Source: Alloascoidea hylecoeti
Taxonomy: Eukaryota
Direction: 5' to 3'
Length of the DNA: 64,000 nt
Assembly: GCA_001600815.1 (NCBI GenBank)
Contig: BCKZ01000013.1
Coordinates: 186,001 to 250,000 of the forward strand
Positions 12,446 through 23,051 of the stretch are shown piece after piece (the first letter of the stretch is position 1; each line of letters begins with the position of its first letter). A program made the position numbers and the translations under genes. Below the pieces are notes generated by a model. The model searched no databases. It saw only the letters and a program-made list of their open reading frames with translations, and was not told where the DNA came from.

Positions 12446-12611
12446 AATCACAATCCGCTCATTCACTTCACTGTGACCCTGGTATAAGGTTATTACCATC
12501 AATATATTTTAAAATGCTTAGATATTTATATAATATGAAGATGTATAAGTACACATGTTTGTCAAAATATTAAGGCAAATATAATTCATATGCAAAAACC
12601 TAAAATGGAAT

Positions 12612-13200
12612 ATACCCAAGAAACTTCGTCTGCATTCTAAAGACATATTCCATTTTGGGTTTTTGCATATAAATTCTCTTTCATTTGTGTATTTAACTAA
12701 ATCAACTGTTCTTATTAGATATTTATTTCTTATTATCATGTTTTACAGATTGCCTTTATCAAAGCAACGCTCTATTAGAAATTCTGATGATAAAGATAAT
12801 CTCTTTGATCAACTTAATCAAAGATTAAATGCATCCTCCTTCGATACCGGTTCTTCTGATCATGAGTTTGTCGGTGAAGATTATTCTAGATCCAATAATC
12901 AAATTCAATTGTCAGATTATGACGATTAAAATCAAATTTCAATCGAATTTCCCGTAAACCATAAATCGACTACGACTCCTATTGTAGTGGTTACAAAAGA
13001 GGACCATGAGATAATTTATCTTGATTTGTCATTACAAAATGTATCTCTTGGCAGGAAACATGATAATAAAAAAATTACTAACGATCAATCAAAGTTCCAA
13101 ACCCACATAATCACGATCAATCGCAATACTATATTCCAAAAGAGTTAGATTGACTTAGATATGTTTCGTAGTTTTTATTTACTTCTAATATATTTATACA
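12612..13200 (+). repeat. Dispersed repeat / decayed ORF family, copy 1
   Basis: Clear nucleotide homology to 47497-48400 (+) and 57340-57840 (-). The frame from ATG 12738 to TAG 13148 has one internal TAA at 12927. Confidence 0.8.
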
Positions 13201-13469
13201 TTTTTATTATTCAAGTTCATCATATTGATATAATATTATAGCTTTTTATAGATTAATATACTTAAATATAATGAGAATAATCGTCACAGAAACTTAACTG
13301 GTCATTAAAAGCTATATATTTTCCTCTATGGATTTCCATTGTCGTACAACTCCATAAGAGCAGTTCTATAAGCTTACATGTATATCACTTATACATATGC
13401 TTATAACAATTCTATTGAGAGTATTAATGATCAATAATTTCATTTGATTGACTTTTATTATACATTCAT

Positions 13470-14807
13470 TCATTCAATTAATATTTTCATATCACCTTCT
13501 TTTAAATCTTTATAATGAATCGGATGAATTCTATTAAAATTAGATGGTGTTCTTTTTTTAATCTTTTTTAATTCTTGTATTATTTTAAAATGATTATTTA
13601 ATAATTCAAAAAATGGATTTTTATTATTCATATCTTCTTTTGAATAAATTTCATCGATTTTTCTTAAAATTCTTGTATTTTTATTAAACATTTTTAATGC
13701 TAATAATAATGTATAATAAGAATCATTTCCTGCATTATGTAAAAATGAATATGGTATATCATATGATTTTAATATATAACCTAATGATCCTTTACCTATT
13801 GGATTATCAATTTTCCATAAATTTGATGTATCAATAATTGGAATATCAATTGGTAATGATATACTTAATGATTTAAGAAATTTAATATCAGCTGAAAAAC
13901 CATGACCAACAAATGCAATACCAATATTATCATTTTTTTCAAGTGATTTATAATGATTTATAATTTGATTAAACGTAATATTAAGTTGTTTTTTACCAAT
14001 AACTATTGATGGACCAGATATAAAATTTTTACTATTATCTGGTACATAAGTTGAATTATGAAATTTCAAATGTTCTTGAATTAAAAAATGAAAATTTTTA
14101 ATTTCAGGTATAATTGATCCTTTTTGATTTCTTGGATTATAAATTGATATTCCAACTTCTGTTATTGCTGATAAACGCTTTTCATATGCTTCTAAATCAA
14201 TTGAAATTAAAACTTTTTCATTATTAGAAACCCAATTGATCTCTTTTTCAAAAATAGCATATGGATCTTTTTTAACGGGTTGCTCCACTTTCACCGCTTC
14301 CTTGACTAGTATTGGAGGAGTTGACGTGATGAGCGTATCTATAGGCTCTATAGCAGTCAATATTGGAGTAGGGGTTGTAATGGATGCATCTATAGGTTCT
14401 GTATCGGTTAAATTTTGAGTCGAGGTTGGAATAGGTGTATCTGTAGGCTCTGTGGTAGTTAATATTGGAGCAGATGCTGGAGTAGATTTAGTTTTAAGCT
14501 TCTTGCTTTTTTTCTTCTTTAACTTTTTCGGTGTTTTACCATTTGGTACCATAGTTCCATTGTTTATATTATTATTTTCCTTATTATCGGTATGAAGATT
14601 GTCGCTGAGCTCTATGTCCGAAGAAGGTGGTTTTATATTTGATTTAGTACTCCTCTTAACTGCTACTGTTGCATAAGGCGATAAAGATAAATTAAAACTC
14701 GTTTTAACTCGGTTTGGTACTATTTTTGACACTATCAAACAATTTTTTAAAATTAGTCCTTTAGTTCCATTCCGTACTAATATTGTAGAACAATAGTGTT
14801 GAAACAT
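13470..14807 (-). CDS. Gfd2/YDR514C (QIP-like) DEDDh RNase H-fold exonuclease-domain protein, probable mitochondrial presequence
   Basis: Motifs ISIDLEAYE, ITEVGI, FVGHGFSADIKFL, IIDT and LHNAGNDSYYTL; the N-terminus is basic and free of acidic residues. Confidence 0.8.
   Translation of the reverse strand: MFQHYCSTILVRNGTKGLILKNCLIVSKIVPNRVKTSFNLSLSPYATVAVKRSTKSNIKPPSSDIELSDNLHTDNKENNNINNGTMVPNGKTPKKLKKKKSKKLKTKSTPASAPILTTTEPTDTPIPTSTQNLTDTEPIDASITTPTPILTAIEPIDTLITSTPPILVKEAVKVEQPVKKDPYAIFEKEINWVSNNEKVLISIDLEAYEKRLSAITEVGISIYNPRNQKGSIIPEIKNFHFLIQEHLKFHNSTYVPDNSKNFISGPSIVIGKKQLNITFNQIINHYKSLEKNDNIGIAFVGHGFSADIKFLKSLSISLPIDIPIIDTSNLWKIDNPIGKGSLGYILKSYDIPYSFLHNAGNDSYYTLLLALKMFNKNTRILRKIDEIYSKEDMNNKNPFFELLNNHFKIIQELKKIKKRTPSNFNRIHPIHYKDLKEGDMKILIE
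14308..14471 (-). repeat. Coding minisatellite, ~51-bp (17-aa) unit, about 3 copies
   Basis: PILTTTEPTDTPIPTST / QNLTDTEPIDASITTPT / PILTAIEPIDTLITSTP / PIL. Confidence 0.75.
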
Positions 14808-15360
14808 TTGAGATGAGGAAAGGAACAGTATTTATGATTATTATAAAAGTTTTCAGAAAGTGAAAACTCTAACCCGGACACAAACATAATAATCGGCATC
14901 CTACAGAGATCTAGACCCAATCAATATCACCATTAATGGGATAATGAATTGAAAGTACACTAATTATCTAAATATCGAAAATAAAAACAATTAATTGGAT
15001 GTGTATCTATATATAAAATAAATACAAAGACAAAGTCTGGATTTGAAAAGAGTTGAAATGGAACAGGATACGAAACCTAATAATATTTCCGTCTGGCTAT
15101 AGGTTCTTTACACAATCCAAGCCTGATTAAGCAGAAAGTGGATTGATTCTGGCCTACTCGAGCGTGGAATTGATAGAAAAGATACATTAATAGGTCAGAA
15201 CTGATTGAGCGATAGTTTATAGTACTATTTATATTATTTACCACAAGAGATGTCATATATTCCCCACTAAAATCTGATTAAATATTAATAATATCCAATT
15301 TGTTTTTTTATACACTATTTCATTTTTAAATAACGTTTAATAACTGACAATAAGCATCAG

Positions 15361-15888
15361 TTATGCTCTAATAGATTGAATATAGTCCAATCGATGATCA
15401 TTTTGTTCTGAATTTGTGTCACGGTTGATAGCTAACCATTTTGGTTCATCCTTGAATAATCTTAAAGCTTTAACATAATTTTTAGTTGTTAAAGTAAATC
15501 TATGATAAATTCCAGCAGGTAAAATTAACAAATCACCTTTTTGTAATTTTGATCTAATCCATTTATCATTATTATCTCGAACATCAAAAAATCCTTCACC
15601 ATCTAAAATATATCTAATTTCTTCATCTTCATGTAAATGTTCTGTATAAAAAGCATCTAGTTTTGCTTTATATGCCTCTTCGCCACCAAATGATTCTTTA
15701 TTAATATTAATGATGTCACGATTCTTATATTCACGGTCTTTCGCAATCTTTTCTAACTCATGAAGATCATCTGTGTGTAAGGCAATAATGTTTAATGCTG
15801 AGAGATCGGAGGTGGAGACAGAAACACCACTATGGTGATCTTCCCGATGGTCAATTTCGTTCTTATTATCGTGGAAATATAATTGCAT
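15361..15888 (-). CDS. ADI1: Acireductone dioxygenase (methionine salvage)
   Basis: Cupin metal-binding motif FYTEHLHEDEEIRYILDGEGFFDVR..GDLLILPAGIYHRFTL..RLFKDEPKW. Confidence 0.95.
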   Translation of the reverse strand: MQLYFHDNKNEIDHREDHHSGVSVSTSDLSALNIIALHTDDLHELEKIAKDREYKNRDIININKESFGGEEAYKAKLDAFYTEHLHEDEEIRYILDGEGFFDVRDNNDKWIRSKLQKGDLLILPAGIYHRFTLTTKNYVKALRLFKDEPKWLAINRDTNSEQNDHRLDYIQSIRA

Positions 15889-15969
15889 TTGTTGAGGGTG
15901 AGGATTTGAAATAAATCATGGAGTAATTAGCAATTTTAATTTCACGAATAAACGTGATATGACAGGTAG

Positions 15970-16009
15970 TTACCCGGATCTGATCATGTCAATCGCCAAA
16001 GCCGGGTAA
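15970..16009. promoter_or_regulatory. Inverted pair of Reb1-type sites in the ADI1/IRC22 bidirectional promoter
   Basis: TTACCCGG at 15970-15977 and CCGGGTAA at 16002-16009, within a 205-bp head-to-head gap. Confidence 0.55.
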
Positions 16010-16093
16010 ATTGAAAAAGGCCAGCTAAGAATTATGCAATTCTCCATGTTTCTCTTCGACTGTACTTCATCACATCATTAATACCAATTGAAA

Positions 16094-16895
16094 ATGCATT
16101 ATTTCAAAATTATAGCTTCGCTCCTTTTATCCGCACTTACTGTTGTTTCAGCAGATTCAATTTTTGAAGATGAGCAGGATCCCGTCAATTATCAAAATCC
16201 TTTTGAAGTATCTGTTGGTTTCCCCAATGGCATCGTTGGTGCAGATGGAAGTATCCAGGTTTTCAGCGATGAGGATTCTGATCTAACTTTCAGCGTTAAG
16301 AATGGTGCTGATCAACCTGTTACTGTTGTTGGATTTACTGGAAGTTTTAAGGATATTAAGACCGATGAAGTAATTGCAAATGTATGTTGCTATAATTTTC
16401 TTTTCCATATCTGATTTTTTTAATTAACAATTGCTATTCTTATAGCTATCTACTGTTAGAGTTGGCCCTTATAAAGTTGAAGTTGGATCTGGTTTTGATT
16501 TCACCCAACCCGTTAATTTACGTCTTGAAGCAAAAACATATAATCTTTATGTTGATCTTGTTATTTCATATGAAGACCAATATTTACAAGTTACTAGAGT
16601 TATTCCGAATTTAATTATTGAAGAAAGACCAATTTCATTTTTTGATCCTCAATTTTTAACTTTATTGACTTTATTACTTGCATCAATTGGTGTTTTAAGT
16701 TACTTTGCTGCTACAACATTCCTTGTTCCTTATTTAACACATAATCAATTATTAGGATTTGGAAAAAATACTGCACCTAAAGTGTCTGTTACTAAAACAG
16801 CTAAAGTTACTCCTGCTACTTCTTCAGCTTTGGATGAAAGTTGGTTACCTGAACAACATTTAAAGCAAATTAAGAAAGGTAAAAAAGCTAATTAA
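16094..16895 (+). CDS. IRC22: Irc22 / translocon-associated protein alpha-like ER membrane protein, 2 exons
   Basis: Exons 16094-16381 and 16446-16895 with a GTATGT..TAG intron. Signal peptide, ISFFDPQFL before a transmembrane helix, and C-terminal DESWLPEQHLK. Confidence 0.85.
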
Positions 16896-18367
16896 TTATC
16901 ATCTTTATGATAACAATAACAAGGTCAATATATGCTAATGACGATAAACTTATACTACATAATGTAAAATTGAAAAATGGCTGAAAAAACAATGAAAAAA
17001 CAAAAGTTAAACGATGTTATATTATAATCAGAGGTATTATTACATACAGAAATATGTACCTTATTATTTAAATTTAATGTTTAATTGTGTAAATCAATAA
17101 ACAGACACTATTTATCATGTTCTCTTTTATTTTCACTTTCTTCATCTATTTATTTGTACAACGCGTAATATCATTAATATTTTGACTTTATTAACAATAT
17201 TAATTGCAATTGCAATGTACATTACTAAAGTTTTATATATTTATACCTGGGCCATACATGTATAGAAACCCAAAAATGTAAGAATTATTATCGAAATCAC
17301 GGCAATGCCATTGCGATCTCAAGAGGAGTAATAATGCGCGTTACCATCAGATGAAACAGTTATATTATTATTTATAGACAAAGAGTATCTAGTAACAAAA
17401 GCTTTCTATCTAATGATAATAGTGTGTATTTTAGAATAGCGATATATGGATTGTGTTGGATAGAGATTCCTACAATTACAGCTGTTTTAGACCCACTCCG
17501 GAAGTTTTGGCACAAACACCTTTACACTCATAACATGTTAAAAATGTGGAAAGCTCTGAAATAACCCTGATATAGTGCTATGTGAAAAAAATTTGAAAGA
17601 TATCGATGGAAAGAACATACATGTAATATATACGAACATGGGTTTGATCGGAAAGTTTAATATTGAGTTAAAAGCAAAAGATGAAGATGAAGATGAAGTT
17701 TATTTTAAAAAAGAAGGAAACTATCAGTTTTCTTTAAAATTGGGTATGATTATAAATGTTAAGGATTACTAAGGGAAATTGGAATTGAATATCATATTTC
17801 ATCATTTTTATTTTGGATAGTAATATAATCTTTTAGGTAGGATGGATTATGGTGGGTTGTGTTGTTTAAAGAATACATGTACAATTACAAATTAGGGATA
17901 TGGAACTAAAAATGCAAATTTGTTTAGTGCTAAATAAAGAATTCTATATGATTATACCCGACTGCCAAATTCGAAAGAAATTTCGTAAGTAATCATCATG
18001 GACGAGATTAAGTAGAATAGCTGTATTATGCATAATAATTTACCTCATTTTATTAAAGTAACCGAAAGAGTTGGATTTGCATTTATCTAAATGCCTTGCT
18101 GTTAAATCAAGGTAAGAAAAACTGACAGTTATTCCAGAAATTGTAAAAGGTCTACTATATATTCCTAATATTAATTGACTATAGGATGCAGAGTTCAATT
18201 GTAAAAAATTATAGCTATAGTAGGCGTTATAATTACATATGTGATAGACCTATATTTATAATGAATTTTCAAAAAAATCCTATAATTATTGTGATTGTTT
18301 TGAATCTTGATTATAAAGAAAAAATTACGTCAATACTGTACTATGGTTGTATTTGTAATATCTTGTA

Positions 18368-18520
18368 TTACTAATATTTCATATAACTTCAACAGTTGAT
18401 AACGTACCCACATAATTCAATTGGGTGGTTAAACCAAATGTTATACCTTAGATCTTTTTTTTTTTTGCTTTTAATTGATCGCTTCATGATTATATTTGGA
18501 AATATATATATCATTAGTCA
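18368..18520. promoter_or_regulatory. Yap1-response-element-like sites upstream of the GST gene
   Basis: TTACTAA at 18368-18374 and TTAGTCA at 18514-18520; short AT-rich motifs that could occur by chance. Confidence 0.35.
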
Positions 18521-18627
18521 TCATGTGTGATGGTGTGATTATAGTTTACAATTGGTTTTGATTTATGTTCAAGTATAAAAGCAACCTCAATTCCCCGTAA
18601 TTATCAATACATTACACTCTGATTATA

Positions 18628-19314
18628 ATGGTTACCGTTGACGAACACGATCCAAAAGTTGAACCTCTTGAAGCACCATACATTAAGCTTTATTCATTAG
18701 CAACTCCAAATGGTGTTAAAGTATCAATTGCTTTAGAAATTCTTGGACTTGATTATCATGTTCGTAAAATTCCAATTGGTGCTGATGGTGAACAAAAAGA
18801 TGATTGGTTTTTAAATCTATCAGCAGATGGACGTATACCAGTTTTATCTGATGTTAATGAAAAAGGTGAAAGATTAACATTAGCGGAATCTGGTGCAATT
18901 TTAATCTATTTAGCAACAAAATATGATAAAGATTATAAAATTTCTTATCCAATTGGTACAAATGAATATTTTCAAACAATTCAATGGGTTTTATTTCAAA
19001 ATGCAGGAATTGGTCCAAATCAAGGTCAATTAAATCATTTTAAAAATGTTGCACCAGAAAAGAATGAATACGCAATTAATAGATTTAAAGGTGAGGCTGA
19101 AAGGTTATATGGCGTTTTAAATATTCAATTGGAAAAAAACGGTAGTGGATTCCTTGTTGGTGATCATATTTCAATTGCTGATATTACTCTTATTGGTTGG
19201 GCAAGTAAAGCACATTTACAATTTGATATTACACCATTCCCTAAAGTTAAAGAATGGGTTGATAGATTACTTGCTATTCCTGAAGTTGCAAAGGGATTGA
19301 AAGTACCTGCTTAG
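18628..19314 (+). CDS. Glutathione S-transferase, Ure2/YfcG-like class, without a prion domain
   Basis: LYSLATPNGVKVSIALE, GRIPVL, LAESGAILIYL, QWVLFQNAGIGPNQGQLNHF, FLVGDHISIADI. Confidence 0.92.
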   Translation: MVTVDEHDPKVEPLEAPYIKLYSLATPNGVKVSIALEILGLDYHVRKIPIGADGEQKDDWFLNLSADGRIPVLSDVNEKGERLTLAESGAILIYLATKYDKDYKISYPIGTNEYFQTIQWVLFQNAGIGPNQGQLNHFKNVAPEKNEYAINRFKGEAERLYGVLNIQLEKNGSGFLVGDHISIADITLIGWASKAHLQFDITPFPKVKEWVDRLLAIPEVAKGLKVPA

Positions 19315-19823
19315 ATATGAATCTATAGACTCTATAACATATACTAGTTGCTCTTTACCTCAATGATAATAGAATTTATTTTATAAATAGGTAGATGATT
19401 AAACTAAATGCTAAGTTTGTTTAATATTTTTTTTTGTGATAAAAGTTAGATATACTGTACCGTAGATGTGTTGAATATATAGTTAAGGTGACTTATAGGC
19501 GAAGACACTCCTGAATTGAACGAATACGGTACGTTCAACTTTACCATTGCTTTGATGGTGAGCACTGAATTATATTGATATTCTTCAAAAAGACTACTAT
19601 GACACAAAACTTTACTACATAAGGATCTTTATATTATATTAGGGAAACAATTAATTGACAGTTTTCAATTGTAACTCTTTGAGGTTATTGATAATAAGAT
19701 TCGATATATAAAGCAATAATGCATCTGGGCAGTTGTTCAATATTAATTATAATTATTATTGGTTACATAAGCAATAACTAATGCATACAACAAAGCACAA
19801 ACATATCGTTGTGTGTGATAGTA

Positions 19824-20050
19824 CTAGAACCTTCTACATGATTCTATGTCAGTAACCTCGAGCTTCATTATTTATTCTTATTTGTTTTGTTCTTTCCATA
19901 AGAACTGTGATGAAGTGATTAGATAGAATTTAAAGGTTTCTTTCTTATAATGGTATATTATATTATAATCTGTAGATCTAGAAAATTCTACAGTTCGAAT
20001 TCTCCTACATCTAATTAGTTTAATCGACTATGTTTAGCTAGAATATTCTA
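19824..20050. promoter_or_regulatory. Heat-shock elements upstream of the small HSP gene
   Basis: Three CTAGAAnnTTCTA units (GAAnnTTC at 19827, 19981 and 20041), followed by TATATAAG near 20080. Confidence 0.7.
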
Positions 20051-20192
20051 CTTAAATCGCAGATTATTTTTGAGATAGGTATATAAGGGGTAGTGATATC
20101 CTTTGTATCTTCATCACAATAACAATTATATCTTCTTATAATTACAATACAATTCCTACGAGCTATAAATATTAATTTATAACAATAAAAAA

Positions 20193-20753
20193 ATGTCATT
20201 TTACAACTCACCATTTTGGGATTTTGTTGACTCAATTACAGATCAAGTTGATTCATTTAACAGAGAATTAAAAGATGCTGGTGTTACAAGAGAAATTACT
20301 AATAATCAAAATCAAAATCAAGTTTCTAAATCCAAGGACAACGTTAACAATAAGTTAAATAGATGGGATCCTTTCTCCTTCAACGTTGATAATGATTTTA
20401 ATGGATTATTCACACCAGCAATTGATGTTTACAATAATGAAAAGCAAGTTGAAGTACATGCCTCTATTCCTGGTGCGGATCAAAAGAATATTAATGTTGA
20501 ATTTGATTCAAAATCAAATCAATTAACAATTAGTGGTGAAACAGAATCAACGACTGAAGAAAAAAAGAAAGATTTAACAATTAGAGAGAGAAGTAGCGGA
20601 AAATTTAGAAGAATTGTTCAATTATCAAATGATATTGAAGTTGATGAAGAAAATATTAAAGCAAAATATAATAATGGAATTTTAGAATTAATTGTTCCAA
20701 AGAAGCCAGAATCTATTGCACCAAAGAGAAAGATTACTATTGAAAACTTATAA
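20193..20753 (+). CDS. Small heat-shock protein (HSP20/alpha-crystallin family, Hsp26-like)
   Basis: MSFYNSPFWDF N-terminus; PAIDVY..VHASIPG..INVEFD..LTISGE..RERSSGKFRRIVQL..IKAKYNNGILELIVPK..RKITIE. Confidence 0.93.
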   Translation: MSFYNSPFWDFVDSITDQVDSFNRELKDAGVTREITNNQNQNQVSKSKDNVNNKLNRWDPFSFNVDNDFNGLFTPAIDVYNNEKQVEVHASIPGADQKNINVEFDSKSNQLTISGETESTTEEKKKDLTIRERSSGKFRRIVQLSNDIEVDEENIKAKYNNGILELIVPKKPESIAPKRKITIENL

Positions 20754-21591
20754 TTGTGATTAATTCTATGAATATGAATTTGAAGTTTAAAAAGGGGAAT
20801 GAATTATATAGTTTTGATGTTATTTTATAATTGTTGATCATCATCATTGTTGCTAGCGCTAGTTTTTATTAAATATTTATTTATTCTTATATATCTTTTA
20901 ATATTATCTATATGATTTGAGCATTAGGTTGCAATTGCATAAGAAATTGTTATTGATAGAATCCTAATAATTAAAAAATGATGCAAGGTAAGAGTAAGTT
21001 AAAAGTTATATTATTTGTGATAAAATATATCGAGTTACCTGTATAGAATATCGATTGGTAAATTTGTGTTAATATACCATTGTATTATGGTAAACAATTA
21101 ATTAGGATTGATTGGTGATTTTAAAGAGATATCAAGGATAATATATATCGGCCATTTGTTTACCCATATATTCGTTCACATTTTAAATGTATAATTCGAC
21201 CACATGATGCAATAATATTCCACGTATTATTTGTATTTATATTAGTAGCTAATTTAATAGTTTAAGACTTGTTTTGTTACAATGAGAATTGTACCAGTCT
21301 TCTCACTTAATTTCGGTCACCTTTATGTCCAAGAAAACATGGTCAACTTCGGTCTTTCAAATGATCAAGCAAGGCCCAGAGATGAAGACTGTAGGGATAT
21401 TAACGTGGAATCTGCCTGATATGCTCTACTAAATAAATAATGATAATGTACTGTCATTTCAATTGGGTTCGGCCACACGGAGACTACATATTCGTTCTTA
21501 ATACCACGTGCACGGGTATTTTAATTATAATTGCAATTTAACTCATTTCAGCAGTAACCGATTATAAAAAAACTAAACCATTAATATCAAC

Positions 21592-22386
21592 ATGTACAAT
21601 AATCACAACCCAAAAAATGCTGAAGAGCAGCGTCTCAGGCGTGCCAGAATGCTCAGACAGGCCGAAAGTACTACTCGCTATACATATCTCCCTAATGTTA
21701 ATATTTTTCAACCAGTTCTTGATGACAATGATGAAAATGAGTTAAATAGATATGATTCTTTCTCCTTCAATGCTAACATTAACAATCAAATTAATGGATT
21801 ATACAGACCGCCCATTGGTGTTTATAATAGAGAACAAGATGAATGGTATGCTTCTGTTCCTAGGCCTGGTATAAATGAAAACAATATTAATGGATTATTC
21901 AAACCGCCAGATAATGTTAATAATAGAGATAAGCAAATTTCTAAATGCAATGATGACAATGAGTTGAATAAATGTGATCCTTCCCCCTTTAACGTTAACA
22001 TTGATAATGATAATGATATTAGTGTATCATTCTCACCAGCGCTTGATATTTATGATAGAGAAAAACAAGTTGAATTATATGTTTCTATACCCGGTATAGA
22101 TGAAAAGAATATTAATGTTGAATTTGATTCAAAATTAAATCAATTAACAATTAGTGGTGAAATAGAATCATCATTAACAAAAGAAAATAAAAAAGATTTA
22201 ATATCTAAAGAAAGAAATAGTGGGAAATTTATAAGAATTGTTAAATTATATTATATTAAAATTGATGAAGAAAATATTAAGAAGAAATATAATAATGGAG
22301 TTTTAGAGTTAATTATTGCAAAAAAAGTAGAAACTAATACTCCAAATTTAAAGAGAAAGCTTTCTATTCAAAACTTAATATTATGA
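21592..22386 (+). CDS. Diverged tandem duplicate of the small HSP, with a new N-terminus and internal duplications
   Basis: The C-terminal ~110 aa are highly similar to the 20193 gene (KNINVEFDSK.NQLTISGE, SGKF.RIV.L), and the 3' UTRs are also homologous. Confidence 0.8.
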   Translation: MYNNHNPKNAEEQRLRRARMLRQAESTTRYTYLPNVNIFQPVLDDNDENELNRYDSFSFNANINNQINGLYRPPIGVYNREQDEWYASVPRPGINENNINGLFKPPDNVNNRDKQISKCNDDNELNKCDPSPFNVNIDNDNDISVSFSPALDIYDREKQVELYVSIPGIDEKNINVEFDSKLNQLTISGEIESSLTKENKKDLISKERNSGKFIRIVKLYYIKIDEENIKKKYNNGVLELIIAKKVETNTPNLKRKLSIQNLIL

Positions 22387-23051
22387 TTGATTATGAATTC
22401 GGAGCTTAAAAAGGAGGAATGAATTGTATAGATATGATCATGGTTTTATATATTGTAACAAGCCTTTTTGCCACGAATAGCTAAACAGGTGTTTTGAAGG
22501 ATTTAGACATACGGCAATTAACGATTCCCGAATTTATACCCTAGATAATTAGGGTAGATTCAATCAAGAGAGAAATAGATTATTGATTCAGTTCCTCACG
22601 CATAACAGTCACGTGACGCACACATGCATGATGTTAAAGAAGGGTAAAAATGATATATTTAAGTATGTGTAAATCATGATTGAAAAATATTAAAACGCGA
22701 GTAACTCGAAAACTGTTCGATAACTTTTTTAAAAAATGTGATATATCAAAAGTGTCGAATCGCGGAATTTGACAATAGGATTTAAAAGGAGGGAGGGGGA
22801 AGGATGTAGTGTTGTCTTACATTCTACTATATTATATAGTATAAATATCAATTATATATAAATAAAAATATACAACCGATAAGTTATATTAATTAAAAAG
22901 TCTGTAGATAAAACACAACAGTAAAGTTTGAAAACTTTTATAAATCAATATCAATATAAACAAACTGGTAAAACATATTTAAATTTATATATTATGTTCT
23001 ATTAAAACAATTCAAACATTCAAAATAAAAATACAGCTAACAGTTAAGCAT

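Noticed and set aside
17300..17772. Coding-like tract with a DEDEDE repeat
   Set aside because: No ATG-initiated or spliceable frame and no recognisable family.
22608..22740. Point centromere (GTCACGTG as CDEI)
   Set aside because: No very AT-rich CDEII spacer and no CDEIII CCGAA consensus follow.
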